Shown piece after piece: positions 54,928 through 64,000 of a stretch of 64,000 nt of DNA. The notes below the pieces were generated by a model. It saw only the letters and a list, made by a program, of their open reading frames with translations, was not told where the DNA came from and made no database searches. How positions within the stretch are numbered: position 1 is the stretch's first letter; each line of letters starts with the position of its first letter. Source of the stretch: the human T2T-CHM13v2.0 reference genome, Homo sapiens; assembly GCF_009914755.1 (NCBI RefSeq), contig NC_060929.1. One strand, given 5' to 3'. The position numbers and the translations under genes are program-made.

Positions 54928-55887
54928 CAAGTTTGTCAAACCTTTTCTCTCAAAGACTCAGTAATAAATATTTTAGGCTCATGGGCCATAAGGTCTCCAC
55001 TGCAACGACCCAACTCTCTGGTGTAGCGTGAAAGCAGCCACAGATCATGTGCACATGCATGTGCATTTGTGCTGTATTGTCAGTACACTGCTGCAGAACA
55101 GATTACCCCACACTCAGTCAATTAAAACAACACCCACTTATTATTTCTAGTTCTGTAGGTCAGAAGTCTGGGTGGACTTAGCTGAGCTGTTCACTTAGGT
55201 TTTACGCTGCTGACATGAAAGTATTGGCTGGCTGGGCTCTTATCTGGGGGCTTCCAAGCTCATTCAGGTTGTTGGAAGAATCCATCTCCTTGGGGTTGTA
55301 GGACTGAAGTCCTGGTTTCCCTGCTGCTTGTCATCAGGGCCACACTCAGGGCTCCTCTGGGCAGTTCATAGTACAGATGTTTGCTCTCTTCCTGGTCAGC
55401 TGTAGCATGTTTCTTTAACTTCTATTCTGCTACCAGCAAGAGAGAACCCTGTTGTAAATGGCTAGTATGATTAGGTTAGGCGCGCCTGGGTAATTTCCCT
55501 TTTGAAGAGCCCCCAAGTCAACTGATTAGTAATCTTAATGACATCTGCAAGAATTCCCTTTGCAATAAAATGTAACATAAATCACAGGAGTGATACTTCA
55601 GTACATTCAGAGGTTTCACTCACACTCAAAGGGAGGCGATTAAACAAGGATGAGCATCCCTGGGGGACATTTTAGAATTCTGCCCACCACAGCTGGGTTC
55701 TAATAGAGCTTTATTTATTGACACCAAAATTCAAATTGAATACAATGTTCTTGTGTAACAGAATAGTGTTCTTCTTTTGATTTCCTTCTTAATCATTTAA
55801 AAATGTAAAAATTCTTAACTATTGAGGCTGCACAGAAACAGGCAAAGGCCTGGATCTAGCCCATGGCCTGTGGTTTGCTGACCCCTG
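54928..55887. mobile_element. MER58B (hAT-Charlie MITE) split by an MLT1E LTR
   Basis: Left part 'CAAGTTTGTCAAACCTTTT...TAAATATTTTAGGCTCATGGGCCATAAGGTCTC'; right part '...CATTTAAAAATGTAAAAATTCTTAAC...GGCCTGTGGTTTGCTGACCCCTG'. Confidence 0.82.
55073..55691 (-). mobile_element. MLT1E-type solo LTR
   Basis: 'GTTCTGTAGGTCAGAAGTCTGG...GCTTCCAAGCTCATTCAGGTTGTTGGAAGAATCCA...GTCAACTGATTAGTAATCTTAATGACATCTGCAA...TTTTAGAATTCTGCCCACCACA'. Confidence 0.85.
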
Positions 55888-58759
55888 GGCTAGAAGATCA
55901 AGTAAACAAATCTTGAAAAAAATACCAAAAGAGAAATTGTCATAGTGCCCCATCCAGTGCCTTGATCACAGTAGGTACTCAATGAATGAATGAACAGATA
56001 CTGAGTTCCAGGAGAGACAGAAGACACATGCACCCCACATATCCTAGAGCTGAGTCTGCTGCTGTGGGTAAAATACAAACACTCCCATCTCTCCTTTTGA
56101 ATGTGAGACCGGGCATAATCACAGGACGTTCAGGTGACCCAGAGCTCAGACTCCAGCGCCTTCCACATTTCCCTCAGGCTCCAAAGCAAAAGCACGGTAT
56201 AATTACAAGGGCCATGTTGCAGTTTAGGTCAATCCAGCGCATGTTATCTGATAAATGAATTCCAAAGCCAAGCGAAACTCTCAGCAGTCTTTCCCCAAGA
56301 TGCTGGGCTCAGCGTCAGCGTTCAGTTCTCCTTAATTACAGGTTGGCTTGTTTTGTTGCGCAATAGTGCCCCAGCCCGGATGAATGTCATTTCCTTTCTT
56401 GGTAGGTGAAATGGATGAGGTGAGAAAGGCCCGGACCACACCGAGAATCGAATGCATGGTAAACATAGGGCCACGGGGAAGTCTTGACACCGCTCGGCAA
56501 GATCTCTCACCGATGGATCCACCCTCTATGTTTTCTGATTGGACACATTTCCTGAGATGGGAAGGATCATGCTATTGGCTGAGGCTGCATCAGGGGAGTA
56601 ATATTTACTCTGGAAAATCTGGGAGAGGGTGTCCCAGTCTGTGAACTACCCAGACCCCCACGTTCACAGAATACTAGGATGAGGAGGATCCCAAGGAACA
56701 CCTGCATCAACTCTCATGTTCTACAAGGGAAGAAGCCAGGTCTCAGGGACATTAAATCACTTTCCCAAATGTACCAAGCTAGTTAGAGTGAAGAAAGATC
56801 CTATTTATCCCAGTTCCCAGTGAAATGCCATTTCTGCTCCATACCTTCTCTTCTCCATGTGTCCTATGCTCTCGCACTTTTTGTGCTGCTTAGCGTTTTG
56901 CCCAGAGGTGTGCCAGAGATTATTGCTCATTCTTTCTCCTTCCACGGTCACAACACCTCCCTGGGCTGGTGTCACCTCTTACTTTGCAATTCAAAATGTT
57001 GAAGAAGGTGCGACCTGTCTAGATTTTCGTGTAGCCTTCTCTCCTGATTGCTGTTTCAGATAACACATTCAGGGTGTTGGTAAATAGCTGTGAATCAGAG
57101 CCTCGGGGACAGCCTGGTTTGGTGTGTGGATAGTCTGGCTAATGTCATAGCAGTCCCTGCCTTAAATATCAATGTCCGAGGAAGGTGGGATGCTGTTTCC
57201 AAAAGATTGATTTGCACTTCTGCTAATATATGGCTGAGTGTTCTTTAAAATGGAGTATTCTGCTTGCCCTCTGCCACCTTCACAACACCCTAAATCTTTG
57301 GAAGAACGTGCTTCTTGTTGGACCTACAAGTGGGGAGCATCTTGCCTTGTCCGGCCTGTCCCAGTTTCTCGGGAACCCTTGAGGTTTCTGTCCCTGTTCC
57401 ACATACTTAGCCCCATCTCCAGGCTTCCTGTCCATCAGCCTGAGAGACCATACTCTAGGAGTCTTAAGTGCTGAGTTCCCTAGTGGGAACTCACTGGACT
57501 GCAACGCCCCAAGTCCCTCCTTCTCTCTCTGTGCCTTGGGATGGGCTTTGTGCCAGCTGTGCCCATCCTGCTGTTCTGCAGCTTGGTGCCCCTTCCTAAC
57601 GTGATGGGCCTCTGCTAAGGTCATGTTCTTTCACCAACCCAGGGTCCTTCCAGCTCCTCCACCAAAACAGTGCCCTGGTTGTCCTCACTTGTCCCATCTT
57701 CAGCAGGGAGGCACTTGATTCTGTGGCATTTGGCACTGCTCACTGGGCTTTCTTTTCTTTTCACTGTAAGACTCATGCATTAGATCTGTCTTGCTATAGT
57801 CCTAACAATGTCTCTGTGTCCCCACTCCCATTCAACTCTTGCCATTCTCCAGCCATTGCTCTTGAAGAATGTGGGACTAATAACCCTGGGTAGGGTCACA
57901 AGGCCCTGCAGAGGTGATGCCATGAAGTTGCCTACACAGAACTGCCTCCCTGCTAAGAGTTCCAGGATCAAATTCTTCTAGGTGCCTGCTTGGGTGGGTC
58001 CTCATCCCCACCCCTGCCCAGGGCACCATCTGTGGGAGATTAGGAGGTAATCACTGTCTACCCCTCAGACACCACGTGCTGCATGACTGTGTCCTGAGGC
58101 AGCCACATGGCTGCCAGCTCTGAAGGTCCTGAGATCCCCATTCTGAGGCCCTTCGCTGACTCACTGCTCTCATTCTTCTTTCTCTGTCCACTCTCAGGGC
58201 AACTACATCCACACGGTGAAGGCAGGGCCTGTGTAGTGGATGCCAGGCTGTCTTCACGTACATTTCTCTTTCTCTTAAGCATCCTGGACCATAAAGCCCT
58301 AGTGTGCTGCTCCTACCTTGCCAGTAGGACTCCTGTCTCAGCTCCGTCTCCTGAAGACTGACCCTACAGGAGAGATACAAGCATCTCCTGTTACCTGTGC
58401 CCAGATGGTCCTTAAAAAATCATTTTCCTATTTGATAAACATAAAAATGTTATGTCTGACCAGCCAACAGGCTCTAGACCTGAGCCATCTAGGAAGATGA
58501 GGCCCCACCCCTAACTGGTGCCCTCTTTGCAGATTCACTGATGCAGATTCTTGTCAGCAGAGATAACTTGTCAAATTTTACTTTCATCAAGAGAAATATA
58601 ATTAGAGTGATGTACTTTTCATTTCTAAATTATGAAATTCTATTATAATGTGAAATATGTATTTTCAAAGTATACATACATTTCCTTTTAGAAATGTTGA
58701 TATACCTCCCTAGGAACTTTCCTTCCTTTTGTTAGAAAATCAATGCTGTAAAATGTTAG

Positions 58760-59313
<554 letters not shown>

Positions 59314-60790
59314 TGAGTTGACTATGACTCTCTCACGCACCTGCCAATCAGTTTTATCACTTGCCATTAGGAGGTCCTTGGGAAGCAATGGGAAAGCTCC
59401 CCAGTCCAGAGAAACTAACTTCAGGCATGTGTCTGAACTCAGAGGCTCCAACCAAGAGCAGGGAAGGGCCTTGTGGGAGGTGAGTGCATTTTGGATATGG
59501 GGAGCAAGGCTGGTGGGATTCTGCTAACGAAACTGATCACAGGTGACAGGGCTCTCCTTTGAACTTGATTATTTTTAAAGTTCACCTCTCCCTGATCCAT
59601 AACGAGGTCTGGTGAGACTTGTCATAGTCCCAGAATTATTTCGATCATTCCAGCTCAGCCGAAACAATGAGAGAACATCAATATGGCAACTCCTCAGATG
59701 TCTGGGAAGAGGGATCATCACCCAGGCCTGGGAGCTCTGTGCAGTTTTGTCTGCCTTGGCTCCAAAGTGCTCTTTGCCCTTAACACTGCACCACTGTACA
59801 GATTCACACAGCTGGCACTAGCTCCACAGTGGCTAAGGTTGTGCTGCTTAGGACTGACCTGGAGGAGAGGGGAGAAAAAGATGGTATTAGTGGCTCCCTT
59901 TCATGTCAACAAGGTTCACTGAAAAAGGAGCAAAGGGCTTAGTCATGTTTTAATGCTCTCAAAGCTTACTATGTATCCAGGATATTTTGGGTTATATTTA
60001 GTATTTGATTCACGTTTCAATTATTTTAGCAGTAGACAAAGCAAAAGCTGAGTGAGTCCCATGCAGTAAAATCCTAAAAGCTTTTCCCAACCTAAAGACA
60101 GCCCATAACTTTCAGCTTACATTTTACATGAGGAAAAACAAATGTTTCAGTGAAGCGTCCCAAATTCTTAGAAGAATCAGAGATAAGAAGCTCCCGCCAG
60201 CAACTTCAGTGTCCCTGGCCCAATTTAGTGGTTTGTGCCTTGGCAGAGCTCCTACTAACAGGACAGAGGACTCTTTGGGAAGACAGAGCCCATTTGAAAG
60301 GCGAGTGTTATTTATAAATTATCTCCAGATGGTCCAGTTCCTACAATTCCTACGTTGCTCAGACTCTCAGAGTGGAAATTTTAATCATAGACTGTTTGAG
60401 GTTGATTTGGTCTAAGCGAGGGACAATTTTGAGGATTCAAACGACAAAAAGAAGGCAGAAGAGTTATCTCTTGAGACTGCTCTCCGGAGACCTGCCCTTG
60501 CTTGTGGAGCCTTAGTTAATCACCATTTGTTTTCTGCTTTGCAATTCACAAAGCCCTTTTCTCAGAGTTTCAGACAGGCCTCCTCCCTTTGCACCTGGGA
60601 GAAACTACTGAAAACATCCTCCAGGGTAGGAACCACACTGAATATTTAATTTACCTTTTTAAAACATCTAATACATATTAGATGTATAGATATTATATAA
60701 AAGACACAGGTTAGGTATTAGAACTCCAATCCTACCTGTTTCTCTTAAGCACGTCCCCACATCAGGAACTGTTGTCTGATCTACACTTAG

Positions 60791-60916
60791 CCTGCCTGCC
60801 TACCTGCCTTCTTTCCTTCCTTCCTTCCTTCTTTCCCTCCCTCCCTCCCTCCCTCCTTCCTTCCTTCCTTCTTCTTTCCCTCCTTCCCTCCTTCCCTTCC
60901 TTCCTTCCCTCTTTCT
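60791..60916. repeat. (CCTG)/(CCTT)/(CCCT) low-complexity pyrimidine tract
   Basis: 60807-60916 is purely C/T on the + strand. Confidence 0.95.
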
Positions 60917-61433
60917 GTACTTCAATCTTTCCACCAGTCAGTCCTTCCATTATTTCTTTCATTTATCCAGCAAATGTTTATGAAGAACTTACTATGTGCC
61001 AGGGATGGGGTTAGCTATGGCTCAGAATTCAGAACACACTTTATATCTCAGTGGAGAAAGAAGTAGCATGTGAGCCCTGCCCACCACAGACCTCTGCAGA
61101 ACCTCATGAATTCCAGCCAACATATGACAGTCCACATATGCAAAGGAAAAAACCCTTGCCATGCTTACGTCTACCGTGGTGAATGCCAGCAAGACTCTGG
61201 GGAAAGATTATCTGTCCAAGTTTATGAAATTAAATGTGCCCTTGGAGTGGGGGTGGGGGTTCTCTTGGGCCTGTAGACATCATTTAACTGCTTTAATAAA
61301 CCCGTCCTGGAACTTCCCTATCATGGTACTTCTTCATATCTGAGATAACTTCCAATTTTAGGTTACCTTTTCCTTTACTTTCAGCTAAAAGCAGCATACC
61401 AGGTGCATGCCTCAAATGGATTATACCATAATT

Positions 61434-61645
61434 CAGGAGTTGGCAAATTATAGGCCTATGAACAGCTGTCTGTTTTTGTTAAGTAAAGTTTTATTGGAAC
61501 ACGACCTCATCCATTCTTTCAAGTACTGTCTTTGGCTGCTTTTCCATTACAATAGCAACATTGAGTAGTTGTGATAGAGGCCAAATGGCCCTTAAGCCTA
61601 AAATTCCTCTATTTGGCCCTATAAGAAAAAGTTTGCAAACCTTTG
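61434..61645 (+). mobile_element. MER58A (hAT-Charlie MITE)
   Basis: CAGGAGTTGGCAAA...TAAAGTTTTATTGGAACAC...TTGAGTAGTTG...GAAAAAGTTTGCAAACCTTTG; 8-bp flanks CCATAATT and CCATTCTT. Confidence 0.88.
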
Positions 61646-63477
61646 CCATTCTTGAACATGATCATTCCTTTTGTTGTTGGATATTGTTTTTCTAAGCTTC
61701 TCCAAAAATCATCTTTTTAAGCAAGGTTTTAAACCTGTCACTTGGCCATATTCTTGCATATAAAACCAAATGTTATAAATCGGGAAAGAATCCAATTAGA
61801 AAATAAATAATGCAGGCATGGAAGTAATTTACAATAATCTTCTAGATCATCTGGGATCTTATTAGAGTCTGCCAAAGGTTGCGGTCAATGCGCAAGATTA
61901 CATTTTCCACGTATAAATAAGTACAGGTAATTATAATAACGAATTCAAAACTACAGCCTAATCCAGGAGAAGAACAAGAAAAAATGTGAGTTTTTTTTTT
62001 CTCATTTTAGGTTTAAATCAGCCAAACTAAACTTCCTCCTGGGCTGAAAGATGTTGCTGGAACTCACATCACAATGAATATTTTTACAGCTGAGGGAGAA
62101 AGGGCCCTGAAATGAGTATCCAGGAGGCCCTCCTTAAGCACCCTTGCTTCAGAGTTCTGCAAACCAAATGTTGGGGAGATAACGACTATTGGTTAAATAA
62201 GGCACAATCAAAGTCTGTCATGTAAATAGAGCCAACTATATATTTGATATTTTGGCTTGTTGCCATATTCTCTCGCTCTCCTAAAGAAGAAAAAAAAACC
62301 CTTCTTGTTAGAAAGTTCCCTGGGATGGCTGAAGTTGCCTTCCTTTAAACTACTGGGTGGCAGGCAGCTCTGCAGTTAATTAAAATTGTGGCTGCACAGG
62401 TTGCAGGAAGGAGCAAATAACTTACTGAACTTTGTGGGAACTTCAAGATACAGTGGCCCCAGCCATGCATTTCTCCTTGCTTTTTTAGAAGCTGCTTACA
62501 AACCTTCCCCTTGGTGCAGAAAGAACAAGATATTCACGTCTCCTAAATGTTTGGGGGGCTTCCAGATTGTCCTCAGGTCAAAACCTGTCAAATAAACTGG
62601 TGAGGTGCATAATGATCTGAACAATCTTTGTGGATGAGCCGAGCCTGGTTCTTTTGTCAGGGGGAGTCATCTAGGACGAGCTTGGCATCCTGGACAAAGT
62701 CCAGAGTACACAGCCCCTGAAGGCAATGCTCCATAAATGCCCAGGATCTGGCGATGCTCTACACACACACACACACAATGCCAAGTGCAGCAAAAACATC
62801 ACCACTGAACTCTCGGGAAAGCAACTAGACAACCACTGACTGCAACATATTAGACTCAGAGTGTGGACAATTAGAGACAGAAAGTTTCAACTTTATGAAT
62901 ATTCAACAGGAACCAATGAAATTGTTTTTGGAACGCTCCCATTTACAACTTCCAGCCCATTCCACAGTTATCTTCCTTCCAAAACATCTGATATGGGAGT
63001 CTTCCACTTCCTTTCCCAAAGAATGCTGGATGTGTGCTAAGTTTTCCATCTCAACCATGTAAATCAATAACTTTTGCTCCCTGTTTCTTAACTGAGAGAG
63101 ATATTAACATCTGTGACTGAGAAAGTACTCAGTTTATTGAAGGGTTTTAACCTTTATAATAATTATAGTAATAGGAACATTTATAATTAACTGAAGTAAG
63201 TAAATTTTTCAACTTAGGAAAGAACAGTTAAAAGTTGGGCACCTTTCCTTTTTTTAACTTGAAAGAGTTTTGATACATGTTATTCGCTATCTCATTATAA
63301 TTTTGACATATAGCCTTGTCAATGGGTAGAGAGAAGTACTATTTATTTGAAAGCATGTGAAGCTCAAAGTGATTAAATGATTTAGTAATGTTGCAATGCC
63401 TTCTTGTTAGCCATGTTTATGGTTATTATTCTATGCTACTACATCTTTTCAAAAGACAAAAACTTACAAAAATTTAG

Positions 63478-63568
63478 AAAATCACTCATTGTTTCATAAC
63501 TTAAAAAGAAAAACACTCAACCAAAATCACTCATTGTTTCACAACTTATAAAAGAAAAAGACTCAACC
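63478..63568. repeat. Two-copy tandem duplication of a 45-46 bp unit
   Basis: AAAATCACTCATTGTTTCATAACTTA-AAAAGAAAAACACTCAACC versus AAAATCACTCATTGTTTCACAACTTATAAAAGAAAAAGACTCAACC. Confidence 0.9.
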
Positions 63569-63629
63569 AAACAAAGATAAATAAGGACATAATTTGGCGG
63601 GAAAGTGTGGGTTTAACTGTCAGAGCTAT

Positions 63630-63800
63630 GTAACTAAAGGGATGCTTCAGGAAATTTACCTGGCCCTCTGAACCTCATTTTCTCATCCATAAAATGGGTA
63701 TAATAATATCTACCAGGCAAAATTGTTGTGGGAATTGGGAATAAAATACACAATGTCCCTGGAATACGGTGGACCCACCACAAATGGTAGTTATTCACAT
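63630..63800 (+). mobile_element. MIR SINE
   Basis: 'CCTCTGAACCTCATTTTCTCATCCATAAAATGGGTATAATAATATCTACC...TTGTTGTGGGAATT'. Confidence 0.82.
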
Positions 63801-64000
63801 TTTGGAGTGAACGGCATTAAGGCATCAGGCGTTTGGATTTTACATATGATTAAAAATATTTATTATACATTATGTTCTATTATAAACATTTGTCTCTTTA
63901 TAGACTTACATTGCCTAATAAAAAGTGCATATAACATTTCCCATGTAAATAATTCCTATTACCAGACATATAGGTAGTTTCCTATCTTTACTCTTACAGA

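Overview
Primate genomic DNA, most likely human: an SVA retrotransposon restricts it to hominoids, and AluY/S/J copies are present. It is AT-rich, CpG-depleted intergenic or intronic sequence. I can support no protein-coding exon, RNA gene, CpG island or CRISPR-like array; the supplied ORFs are repeat-derived or of chance length. The window is a layered TE record: the 5' part of an SVA at the left edge, about 13 Alu copies or fragments, solo LTRs (MLT2A1, two MSTA, MLT1A/C/E/J/K, LTR16), DNA-transposon fossils (MER6A, Tigger3a, MER33, MER58A/B, MADE2), an L1PB1 3' end, old L1M pieces, and many L2, MIR and L3 remnants. Family calls come from my recall of consensus sequences, not a database search, so subfamily labels and old-element boundaries are approximate. 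I did not find a convincing new biological system. The most notable items are local: a MER6A holding a tail-to-tail inverted Alu pair and a candidate cryptic exon; DUX4-type motifs in four solo LTRs; a 30-bp poly(A) micro-insertion with a perfect 17-bp TSD inside MADE2; two fold-back templated-insertion scars; and a few motif-rich unique blocks that may be enhancers.
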